Shown: positions 30,514 through 41,721 of the stretch, piece by piece
How positions within the stretch are numbered: position 1 is the stretch's first letter
Layout: each line of letters begins with the position of its first letter
From: Ministeria vibrans ATCC 50519
Lineage: Eukaryota > Protista > Filasterea
DNA length: 63,449 nt
Reading direction: 5' to 3'
Assembly (NCBI GenBank): GCA_943704425.1
Contig: CALSCP010000883.1
Location: 62,001-125,449, forward strand
The notes under the pieces: generated by a model
The model's input: only the letters and a program-made list of their open reading frames with translations
Database searches by the model: none
Told to the model about the DNA's origin: nothing
Translations under genes and position numbers: made by a program

Positions 30514-32098
30514 TTACAGACGATCAAAGGCTAACGCGATTTCGTCAACAAAGAGGCCGTGGCAGAAGAGGTACGATGAAACATGACCGCCGCTGAGTGG
30601 GGGAGAGCGGGCCGGGCACCAATGGCGGATGAGGGCCGCCGAGGACGGGTGTGGGATATATGCGTCGTGGGGGGCATGGGGAAGGGATGTGGATGTGCAC
30701 TATGAGTGAGTGTGTGACAATTTGTGTGTGTGAGTAGGATGTGTGATGTATGACTGATAAAAAATAATAATTTAATATGTTATATGTGTGTGTCACAGAA
30801 TGACAATTTGGGCATGTGTAATGTATGGTGTGTGTTTGTTTGCGTTAGATAGAATACTGTAACATATTTGACTTACGTTGCGTGGAGGACGCGTTGTCGT
30901 GAGGTTTGTGGCTTCGTCAAGGAGAATACGCATGGCATCTTCAATGTCGTATGCACCGTCTTGATGCTGTTGCTGCCTCTTGTGGTGTTGGGCGCGTGTA
31001 AGGAGTGCTGGTGGTGATATAAAGGCAAAAGAGTCGAGAAGGTGCTGGAGGGGCGGTGAATAGTCGGATTGGAGGGCGCGCCAGTCGACGGCCGAGCGCA
31101 TGACTCCACCGTCGACAAAGACATCGCGTGCCGTTGCAGCTGAGAGACACGGCACGCACACAAGTGGACGTTCCAGTGCTGAGCCCACAAGGGCTGCCAT
31201 ATGGCCACCCAGTGAGAATCCTAGGACGAGAAAAATGCGCGTGTTGGCAAAATGCGTGTGTTGGCACGGTTTGTTTGTTTTAGCACCTTGCACCCCCAAC
31301 TGATCCATGCCAAGTTGCCGCTCGGCCCAATTAAACAGCAACGCAGACTCAGCAATAACTCCGAGTCCCATGGTAAAGAGGTCGGAGAGGTAGTGCAGCG
31401 ACGAGCGGAACTGCGTTTTCGGCTTGCGCAGTCCGTAAAACGGGTTCTCGAGAATGATAGAGGCAATGCCGCGCTTTGCAAGCGGTACGGCAAGCATCGA
31501 ACGTCGTCGTGAGTAGTAGTGCTCGCCAGTGCCGCCGAGCAGAATGCAGAGTCGGCGAGCGGGGGAGGAAGAGCGGTGGACGGGCATGACCAGCTACGCA
31601 GAGACGAATCGACGAGTCAGATGGTTCTAGCACGCCTCTCAAAGCGCTCTAGCACGCGCGCGTGCGTGCGTGTGATGGGGCGTACTTCAAAGTGGGCTGT
31701 GTGGCTTTCAGAGGGGAGGATTCCCGGCAGGAGGGCGACGAGAGGGCTTTCAAAGGAGCCTTGGTGGCGTGTGAACAGCGGCGTCGTGGCCTTGTGGTCC
31801 AGGCGCACCTCGGGGGGGATGGCCGGGTTCAGCATTGCATGCCCGCTTGCGGAGAACGCCAGCTGTCTAGAGAGCGACGATCAGTATTCAGTCAGACGTT
31901 TTATTATAATTATCGTGTTCGTTTTTGAACTCACTTGAATTCAAGTAGACGTCGCAAATGACTCATTTGCCCCCATCCCTTGGTGAAAAAGCGTGTCTTC
32001 ATCACATACTGGCGGAATATGCGGTCGATGGCACTATGAATAACAACAAGTTAGGAATAAGCGAATTGACATCCCTCGTCTTACCTAACGTCATGCAT
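30514..32098 (-). CDS. ABHD18: Alpha/beta hydrolase ABHD18 (C4orf29) homolog
   Basis: Spliced exons: IDRIFRQ..FFTKGWG..LRRLLEF, GSFESP, CILLGGTGEH, ILENPFYGLRKPK.Q.RSSL, nucleophile GFSLGG, DAYIP and GGHVSSYLF..AFDRL-stop. Confidence 0.88.
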
Positions 32099-32433
32099 TC
32101 TCGCCTCTCTCACAGCGAACAGTCCGCAGAGTCACTCCCCAGTGGAACGCACCACCGAGGGAACCTTATCTCCTACGAGAGAAGTAAAATTGAAATGATT
32201 AATATTGAGATTTGACATTTGAGTGAGTCATTCTTATCATGAGTCTACGACAGAATTAAATGAGTTAAAATACGCTGAGTCATAATTACCAATGTACCAT
32301 ATCACATATTTGATGACGATGAAAATATGAGTTGGCACTCAACCCTATTTTCAAATCACTTTCAAATTTCAATTCAACTTGTAAACTGTTTGCTAACTGT
32401 CAAGTGACACATTTTTTTTTGCCACTTCCCACG

Positions 32434-32843
32434 ATGCCGACAAAGCCAGGCACGACCCATCGCCACCCCAGTTGGAAAGCAGTGACGAAGCCGAGCGCCG
32501 AGAAGAGTGTCGCGCGGCGCCCACTGTCGCACAAAGAGATGATCGAGCGAGCGCACGATCGCCTCAGCGAACCAACCTCCGTCGTTGCGTATGCGCGTCC
32601 CCTCGTCATCCTCCTGCTCTTTTTTGCACTCCATCACATCTGGTGGACTATCCAGGCCAAGATCGTCCCCGACTTCACGCCCGGCCGCAAGCCTTTGCCT
32701 GTCCATCTCGTAAGACACACACGAAAAAGAAACGAGAAAAAAAGCAAAAGTCGCAACTCACACTGACGTATTGCGCGTAGACCAACCTGTGTCCTCCCGG
32801 AATCGACTGCCAAGCAGACGTCGTCACATCGCAGCTGCTCTAG
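32434..32843 (+). CDS. Small single-pass membrane protein, unknown function
   Basis: ATG at 32434, hydrophobic PLVILLLFFALHHIWW, GT-AG intron 32710-32780, last exon TNLCPPGIDC...LL-stop. Confidence 0.55.
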
Positions 32844-34585
32844 CGCGCTGTAGACGAGCAGGGCGCCACAGATGCGCTGCTTCGCTTATTTTCTGCTTCT
32901 CTCTATATAAAACCCTTATGTAACCGCCTGGAAAACCCACCAAGTCCCCCTGAGACACCCATCTGAATGAGCCTACTTGTGTGTGCTGTTGTTTTGTTCG
33001 CTACCTTAGAACGCGGTTGCGTAGAACGTCACAACGGCAGAAACGGCAGAAACCCGGCAGAAGCAGGTTGCCTCACCACCAACCACCGCAGTGCGGTACG
33101 GGGGCCGCCCGCGCGTGCCTGCGCTGGTGGAGTCGCTTTGAGAGTGCCGGAGTTGGGCTTGGTGAGGGCTGGGCGGCGCACTGCATCCTTTGCTTGGCTG
33201 TTCAGCCCCATTGTTATTCGCTTGCGTAATGGATCGCTTATTGTCTTTTCCCCGATGATTCAAAGAGAGAATGATCTGGCCACCCGCAGCGTCCATACAG
33301 CCATGCGTGTCGCCTGACTGCGCGTGTGTTGAGTTAGTTGATGGTGAGAATAGTCACGAGAATACAGGATGCGCAGCGAAGAATCGGCGGAGATATTAAC
33401 AGAAGAGTCAACAATCTCTCCCTCTCTCCTTCTCTCGACATTCTACATGCCAGAGAAGCTGTGAAAGGACACAGATTTGAAGTTTAGCACAATAACCGCG
33501 TGTGTCTTGGTCTCAATAGAAAGTTCGGGCGCTGCTTTTAACCACGTTTTAACGATCGTTTATTTCTCTATTATTCTGCCGGACGGAAAAAACGCAAAAG
33601 AAAAAAAGAAAAAAAATGTCGCGACACCTTTACATCTTAGCAACGCGCACTAGCGCACTCCTTCCTAATCAGTCATGACACTTTCGCCAATCGCCATTCT
33701 CTGGAGTCTGGACGTATGTACTGTGTAGCCGGTAGCAACAGGCAAACGTGACATGAGAAAATCAAATCATAAAGCCATTGTGATGTGCAAGACATTATAT
33801 AATCCGATGAATGAGAGCAACGATATCACTGACGGCTCGAGAGACGAGATCACGAGAAGTGACGAGAACAGTGACTAGCGACATGTACTCTAGTTCCTAC
33901 TCTCGAAAAAGTTCACATGTGAGCTGAATTTTCATCTTCTTTTCATCACCCATTAATCTTATAAATCACCCGTCGAAGGCTGAGCATTGAATTATATTCT
34001 CTTATATTAGCAACACTTCAACACCCAGCAATCATCCAACAGTTTACCTTTTTGCAGTGGAGCAACGGTGTCTTGGTAGGTCATCAATTTTGGCCTTATT
34101 TGTCGGGCCTTGCACATTACTAATTTGTTGTTATTTTCCCATCATTATACCAATATAGTTACTTTCACCACATAGTGACCACATACACAGGCCGGTGCCC
34201 CGCCATCCTACCAGCGTCGCTTCTCTTTCACTGCCCGCCATTGTATGACGTATATACGAAGCGTCTCAGAATCGGGCGTTGCTGTTTCGCAGGTGGGTGT
34301 TCTCGGGTGTGAGTCCGAATTCCTCCAATATTCGTCGCACGCTTGCTGCGAGAGTGTGTCTGACTATCTGTATATCTATGGATGCTCCGTTTTCTTGTTG
34401 CTAGCATATGGCGGAAGCATTGTATTACTCTTCATTGTACGATATTAATTTTCATCTCCCTTGAGTTAAGTAAACTGTGTAAAACGAATTCTTAAGTCTT
34501 GTGGTTTTGTTTGAGTGTTTCGAGTTATTTCGACAATTCGACTTTTCTTTTTCACTTTTTCTTTATATATTGCGTCTGTCGATCT

Positions 34586-34994
34586 ATGCTGCTTCCAGTA
34601 CTCCTTGGCATACTGGCTGTGGCGTGGGGCGCAACCCCGCCCGGCACTGTGGACGTCTTTGTGATGGACTGCAACCAAAAGATTCACCTGGCGCCCTCTC
34701 TGATTGCGTCGACCGTCGACCTCGCGCCTCTCATCCGCGCCTACTATGCGCAAAACTATCAGAGGACCGTCGACGCCATCCGCTGCCACTGTCCGGGCTT
34801 GTCGCAACCGCAAATCGACGAATACTTTGCGCCCACCCTTTCCAACCTCCTGCGCGCCTGGCAGAACCCGCTGCACCAAGTACGACCCTAGCCCCTCCAT
34901 CCCATGACTCGTGTCCTTCCCAGTAGCGCTCCGCCCTTTCCCCCTCGCTCCCCTCAAATTCGTTCACGAGAGGTCACTCACACACTCTGACTCG

Positions 34995-35050
<56 letters not shown>

Positions 35051-38000
35051 CGGATCTCGATGCCATTGTGAGCGCTCAGGGATGCACACCCTTCACCCAC
35101 GACTACGCCAACTTCAACCAGACTGTCTTTGGCCTTTCTCCAACCACCCTGCCGTCGACATGCAACTACGCGACCTATCCAAGCGACGGCTGTCTCTTTT
35201 CCTACAAAGTACACTAAAAAGATGATACTCCATCTTTCTCATCCCTCTTTCTCTTTATCTCTCTTTCTCTTTATCTCTCTCTCTCTTTTTCTCACTTTAG
35301 CTTCCTAATCGATATGGCTTTGCCACCGTCAATGTGGCCATTCGTGAGTGTGGTACAGACCCCACAGCGGCGCCGTTTGTGTCGGTGACGTGCTTTGGAC
35401 CCAACTGCGAGACGTTTTTTGAGCCATGTTTCAATTCAGATGACTGCAGCGGCACTGGAGCACTGGGACAACAGGGTGTGTGTATTCCTTTGGTCAACTT
35501 TGCGACGTGGGACCAGTGGAATCTTGAGACTCTCTCAGTGCCCCAGACACTCAGTGCCTATTTTGACATCCTTGGCGTGTACCCCGACAACTCGACGAGC
35601 GAGACCAACGCGCGCTGCTTCAACGTGCAAACGCCATACGCTGCGCCACTGACGGTGTCTGAGTCGCCGGTCACGGGCGATCTGACACTGCTCCAGCGGT
35701 CCATTGGTGAGATTGCCCTCGAGGCGGGCGCCTCCTTTGTCCGCCAAACCTATTACAATATTGCGGGCCAGGCATACTCGGGGCATGCCAACCTTCTTGC
35801 CTTCTGCGACATCATTCCCGTCGTTGACCGTCTCCTCGAGAATGGCTCCAAGCGAAACTACACCTACGCAACCACGCTGGCGGGCGTGCCCATCAATATG
35901 ACGGTGGACAACCTCGCCTCAATCGCCTACCTCGACATCTTCTTTCCCCCCACCACGCCACCCCCCTTCACCATCCCCTTTATCAACTACTACTCCATTT
36001 TTACCGCCGCCAATGCGCTCCTCGCCCACCAAACCACGATTGCCTCGCAGGTTCTCGACCAATACGTGGCGCTCGTCTCCGCCAAGTTTGACATCATCGA
36101 CGTTGCTCAGTCAATTGTCACAAACTACCTTCCCCAGGCCATCCAGTACTGCAAAGCTCACTACCCCAACAGTTTTGACTGCGAGCGTCTTTCCGTTCTT
36201 GAACTCACGTCAGCAAAACCCCAACGTCGACGATTCCATTCTAATTCTTCTCTTTGTTGTTGTTGTTGTTTTTCTTTTTTTTGTTTTTTTTTTTGTAACT
36301 CTCAGATTGTACTGTGAGCAACAGGTAGAACAAACCAATCTGACGTATTGCTACAGCCAGAATGTGTCGACACTGGCCAAGTGTGAGTGTGACTTGATGA
36401 TGCGCGGAGTGGACTTTATCTCCAACTCCGTGTGTGCCAGTGTCCTAAGCAACGACACGACCATTTCGCAGTGTCAGGCAGGCGCTCAGTCGCAGTACGT
36501 GGATTTGATTGACTCCACAGCCACACCAAGTGTGTGGCGTTGGTCTATCGATGCGTGTGTGGCGAGCGACTCTGTTGACCAGGTGCACTATGTGGGTCCT
36601 CATCCGGCGTGTGCTGCTCTGCACGAGCACGATCGTCTCGAGGCGTGTCGCTGCTCGTTTGCCTTTGCACTGATGCTGCAACACGCACCCATGGCGCCTG
36701 ATGCGTCGCCTGCGCTTCGTTTTGATGGCATCGTTGAAAATGTGCCACCGGCATTTAATCAAACACTACGTGAAATGTGGCTTGGGGATTGTGTGCTGAC
36801 AAACACGTCATTGTCGTGTCCGCACAACGCAATCCTTCCGTGGGACGGTGCTATGAGTATCGCGGGCGCGCCTGCGGGTGTGTTTAGTACAAGCCGCATG
36901 CAAGGCACGGCGTTTCCGCAGCCCTTCTTTGTATCGCCACCGTCGGCCGCCGACACCATTGCGACCACGGTCGACCAGGCAAGCATGACGCTGTTGAGTC
37001 TCGAATGCGATGGTACTGTGTCGTTGCTTCCAAGTACGCACTCTTCGATGAGTTTGGGTGCCGCCTTTGTCACGCGTGCCTTTGACGAGGTTGCTTCGGG
37101 CATGCTTGAGCCGCTCTTCAAGTGTCGCTACTCCGATCCCATCCAGTACAGCGCCTTTTCGTTTCAGGCCGAGTTTGATCCGTTCAGCCCCGCCTTCTGG
37201 CTCAACATGTTTACGGCGGCGCATCCCCCGGCACAAGTAGGTAACACGCCCTCGCCCACGCTCTTTGAGGGTCTCTCTCGTCTGTGGTATGGCCAGATGG
37301 ATGGCTCGCCGCTGCGTGTCAACATGCCGTCTACGTGCAGTCTGTTGCACTGGCTTGTCAAGGGTGAGTGCGCCTTTGACTTTACGGCACTCCCGCAACT
37401 CTTGCCGGGTGTCGACGCAACCCTCCAAGTTGTTCTGAAGACATGCTCGGCTTCGCCCATGGGCGTGCCTGCGATTGCACTCACTTGCAAGGGCACTTCA
37501 TGCGAGTCCATCTTTGACCCAAAGCACTCTCTTCAGTTCTGCTCTTCTGCCCACCCGTGTGCCAACGCGCAAGCCACCTGCGAGCCCCTCCACAACCTTC
37601 TTGCCCAGTTTGCAGCAAGCCGTCCCGCACGCACGCGTGCCGATGGCGTGCCTCGTCGCAACCGTCCCGGCGCTGGCTTTACCGGTCCCGGCAGTTTCTT
37701 TTGGGGTGCGCTCCCGAACGACACGTGCAGCAACATTGATCATGCAGTGCTCTCCATCATTCAGTTTGTGCAGCGCACCACTGGCCAACAGCCTCTCTTC
37801 ACCACTGTCGACGCCACCAACGGCTTCTGCAACAGTCTCAACCTTACCACGCTTGCTACGCAAGCTGCCTCCCTGCTCATTCCCAACTCAGCCAACAACA
37901 CCCTCACCGTCATGGGTCTGTCATCGTACACCGCTCCTACTCCCAATCCCAACCCCAACCCTAACAACAACAACGGTGGCAGCTCAACCACCACCACCGT

Positions 38001-38122
38001 CGTTGTCGTTATCATGGTTATCTTGGCGATTGTCGTCGTTGCTCTTGTTGCTCTCTGGATCCGCCGTCGTTCCCGTACCCCTCGCGTTCAGTTTCAAGAT
38101 CTCGGAGAGAGCGTAAGAGAAA

Positions 38123-38167
<45 letters not shown>

Positions 38168-38291
38168 TATTACTATTATTATTATTAAATTTTTATCAAT
38201 AATAATTTTCTAAATTGTTAATAATTACTTTTGTTTTGTTTTTGTGTGTTTTTTTTTGTTCTAGCTCTTGCACAATGATGAGGATATTTAA
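34586..38291 (+). CDS. Type-I membrane glycoprotein with a duplicated Cys-rich extracellular domain, unknown family
   Basis: Signal peptide MLLPVLLGILAVAWG, multi-exon in-frame ORFs, many N-x-S/T sites, (NP)n linker, TM VVVVIMVILAIVVVALVALWI followed by RRR, terminal exon LLHNDEDI-stop. Confidence 0.8.
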
Positions 38292-38661
38292 ACATATTTT
38301 AAACTATTCTTATTTATTTTCTTAATGAACGAGTTATTATTATAAACTTTTCACTTCCATTTATTCATTATTTTTGTTGTGGTATGAATCTGTTCTCATA
38401 AAATAAAATATTTTTAATTGCTACCAAAGAGATATAATTTGGTTTTTCTCAAATGTGGGGTCGACGTCAGCTTGTAGAACGGCCGGCAAGAAAATTAATC
38501 ATTATTCCTACAGTCAAGAATTGAGAATTGTATTGTTTCACTTTTCACTTTTCAGTGATTTCTCTTTTATTTGTGTATTTTCTCTGTTGTCATATTGTCG
38601 TCTTTAGCCAGTGGGTATTATTTTCACGAGCAATCGCATTCTTTGCACTTTCTCAATTGAA

Positions 38662-41098
38662 ATGGAGGTACACTTCGAGTGTCTTAATAATCATTGTGTC
38701 TTTTTCCTGACTCGTCAATTTGGCGTTCCTTTGACTTCCCTCCCTCCTTCGACAGTCGCAAGAAGGTAAAGCATGTCAACACGAAAGGGATCCGCTGCGC
38801 AGTGGTGCTGAAGGATGTCCCCATTTGACAGGACCGCCTCCGATTGTGTCGAGCAAGCCAACGTTTGTGCCTAAGCCGCGCACGACCGTTGTCAAGGCTC
38901 CCCCACGCCCTGCGCCTTCGCGAGACACCGCCCGACCGACCAACGCAGCGGCCGCGCCGCCTGCACCGGCCGAGACGCCCAACGGGAGGCAGACGGCCGT
39001 TGCCGATTCTGCGCCCAACGCCGCTCTCTCGAAAGCACCCTCGTCCGGGAGACCCCCGCCACCGCGCGCGCCAGCAGCTGCAGCCAAAGAAGCAACAGCA
39101 ACATCCGAACAGACGGAAGCGACGGGAAGGGAGACATCGCTGTCGCAGGCGCCAGTCAAGAAGCCTCCTGTTGCCGGGCGACCGCCGCCGCCGCGAGCGC
39201 CCGTCAAGAAGGGTTCGCACACAACAACAACAACGGAGTTGACGTGGTCGTGTTAACACAGGAGTTGTCTTTCCTTCTTTTCAGAGACGAGTGAGGGATC
39301 CGTGAATCAGACTGTATCAAATTCAGAGCCAGTGCAATTGCAAGCACCACCACGAAAGCACGCTGCGAAAAAGGACAAGGAAACGGTAAGCAGACGTAAA
39401 ATAAAAAAGCGACTCATTTATGTTTGTTTCATCTATAGACGACAGAACGCAACGTTAGTCGAGAGCTCTCGCCTCAATCTTCAACGACAACAGAGACACC
39501 CACAGCACCAATACCACCAGTAGCAACCGAATCCCCCAAACGCGGTGCCCCTCCTCCCCGACCCGCTCCCCCGGCACGACCACCACCCCCAACCCGCAAA
39601 CCAGAAGGTGCAAAGAAGAAAAAAGAAAGAAAAAAAAAGCGAAGCATGGTTGCAATAACACCCATACATTGTCAATCACTCTTCCGTCCAATTTTAGCCA
39701 ACCGGTCCACTGCGCTCCCCACCGCCTCTACTAGCACCACTGCCTCCACCACATCCACCACTACTACTCCTTCTTCGTCGACCACCAGTGTCGCTTCCTC
39801 GTCTACTCCGTCAAAGGCCGATCTTGTTGAGAGTTCTCTTGTGCGCACCAGAACAACTCCCGCTCCCACGTCAAACGTGGTCGGATCAAAGGTCCTTGAA
39901 AACGAGCGGAATTCAAATCAAAACTCAGTGATCCATCATGTTTACATCAGTTTCCTCTCTAATCGTCACTCCATTATGTTTGCACGCTACACTTTTTCTT
40001 CATGCAATCCCATCCACTCGATCACACACACGGCATATTCCCCACAGACACACTCACACCCTCCACCACCACCACAGGTCCATAACGCCATTGCCCCACG
40101 TCGTCTCGAGCGGCCCCCCGACAGCGTCTACGCCGCTGCTCATGCCGCTGCCATGGTTGCAGCAGGTAACGAAGAGCCCGATGAGTATGCTCTCAAGATG
40201 ATGATCCCTCAGGAGAAGGGTCTCGATCCCTTTCGCGGTGGTTTCCCCGGTAACTATATGTATCTATTGTTTAATCTTTCAATCTTTGTTTTCGCCTTTC
40301 TTCCTTTTACACTCTGACTCTCACGACGTCTTTACGTTTTCAAATCTTTCTTTTTTTTCACACACTTTCGCTCATCAACCATCTCAACTAAACAATGTTT
40401 TTAATCTCCCAACCATAAACACACGCACACACGAATTATATCTATACATATTTTTATACATACTAACAACTCCCCACCCTCAGCGGTTGACCTCATCACC
40501 GCCGTCAGCACGAGCGGCCACCGTGTCCCCGATGGTATGACTGTCCGTCGCACCTCCTGTGTCGGTTACCTCTACAAATTGGGTGCCATGCGCAAGAACT
40601 GGAAGTACCGCTACTTTGAATTGAACACCATGTCGACCAGTCCCGATCCCAACGATGCTCCGGGACTGCGCTACAGAGTCGATCATACGTCGACGGAACT
40701 CAAAGTATCGTTAATTGCAATTGCACTTTTTACTTTTTGTGTTTTTTTTTTGTTTGTTTGAGAGTACTGTCTCTCTCTCTCTATCACTTTGTATCACTTT
40801 GTTTCTGTCTCTTCACTTTGCTTCTTTCTCCTTCCTCTCTCTCTCTCTTTGCTTTGTTTCTTTTTCCTTCTTCTCTTTCTCTCTCTCTGACACTTGCTTC
40901 GTCTCTTTCTTCCATGCTCCTTAGGGGTTTATCGCCTTGTCGACTGTCAAGAGCGTCGAGATTGCCAATTTGCCGTCCGACGGTTTCTACTACTTCGACA
41001 TCAAAGCGGGCGATCGAACTTATCAGATGCGCACTTACAACAAGCAATGCATTGCCGTGTGGGTGGCGCTTCTCAAGGCTTGCATTGGCAAGTATTAG
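38662..41098 (+). CDS. Proline-rich protein with C-terminal PH domain
   Basis: ATG GAG|gt, a 10-nt exon 38756-38765, then Pro-rich exons (GRPPPPRAP twice). PH motifs GYLYKLGAMRKNWKYRYFEL..KGFIAL..FYYFDI..RTYQM..WVALL. Confidence 0.78.
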
Positions 41099-41518
41099 CT
41101 GAACCTGTGAAACTTTACACTTCTATACTCAAAAGAAACCAACACCCTTTTTTTCAACCCTCGAAAAACACTTTTGTCACGATAAAACCCAAACTTCTCG
41201 TTTTATAGTCAAACAAGTCATTTTTTCGATAGAGTGAGTGCCACTCCTCCGTCAAAGGTGCGCGAGAAAATTCTGGCTTGATTGAGCGAGTTGATCAGTG
41301 ATCACGAAAATGATCAGTGAATATATAACGCGCCGTTTCCCTTAACAAAAGAGACCACCTTTACACGTGCATTGCTCTGCTTCTGTGTTGGCCATTCGTT
41401 GCCCGGACCGTGCGGCAGAGGTCTTTCTGGGCGCATAAAGTGAGCGAAAAGGACTTACAAAACACAGATTTATTTCACAATTGGACCGAATGGCCCACAC
41501 GAGACGGTCGCACGAGAC

Positions 41519-41648
41519 AGCAGGAGATTCAGGGTTAGTTGTGATCAACTGATCGCAGCCCATTACGAGTTGTCTTTTTCTGACGCGAACATCCCTGTTC
41601 GACCTTCTACGGTCGGATGGCCCAATTGGATAAGGCGCCTGCCTACGG
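41519..41648 (+). tRNA. Circularly permuted, doubly intron-containing tRNA-Arg(ACG): 3' exons 41519-41536, 41566-41569, 41592-41605; 5' half 41611-41648
   Basis: Reassembled 74-mer GGTCGGATGGCCCAATTGGATAAGGCGCCTGCCTACGG-AGCAGGAGATTCAGGGTT-CGAG-TCCCTGTTCGACCT folds as a full cloverleaf. Acceptor GGTCGGA/TTCGACC, anticodon stem CCTGC/GCAGG, loop CT-ACG-GA, T stem CAGGG/CCCTG, T loop TTCGAGT. U8, G18G19 and the Arg identity base A20 are present. Confidence 0.88.
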
Positions 41649-41660
41649 TCACCAGTTTCG

Positions 41661-41680
41661 TTTTTTTTGTTTTTTTTTTC

Positions 41681-41720
<40 letters not shown>
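41661..41720 (+). terminator. Oligo-T tracts, likely RNA polymerase III terminator of the permuted tRNA gene
   Basis: T8 begins 12 nt after tRNA position 37, followed by longer T runs. Confidence 0.65.

Positions 41721-41721
<1 letters not shown>

Noticed and set aside
32900-33320. GC-rich self-complementary region with an RNase MRP-like ACAATGGGGCT on the minus strand
   Set aside because: No matching upstream GAAAGTCCCC-type element on the same strand. Branch-point and acceptor signals suggest a small spliced minus-strand transcript instead. Neither reading is supportable without Rfam or RNA-seq.
41484-41605. Reading the tRNA locus as a conventional, non-permuted gene using the upstream 5'-like segment
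   Set aside because: That segment pairs only 5/7 in the acceptor stem, cannot pair with GCAGG, and lacks the GG D-loop and an anticodon loop. The downstream half pairs fully.
41611-41660. Treating 41611 onward as a truncated tRNA pseudogene
   Set aside because: The complementary 3' half is immediately upstream and both interruptions obey BHB geometry, which random decay would not produce.
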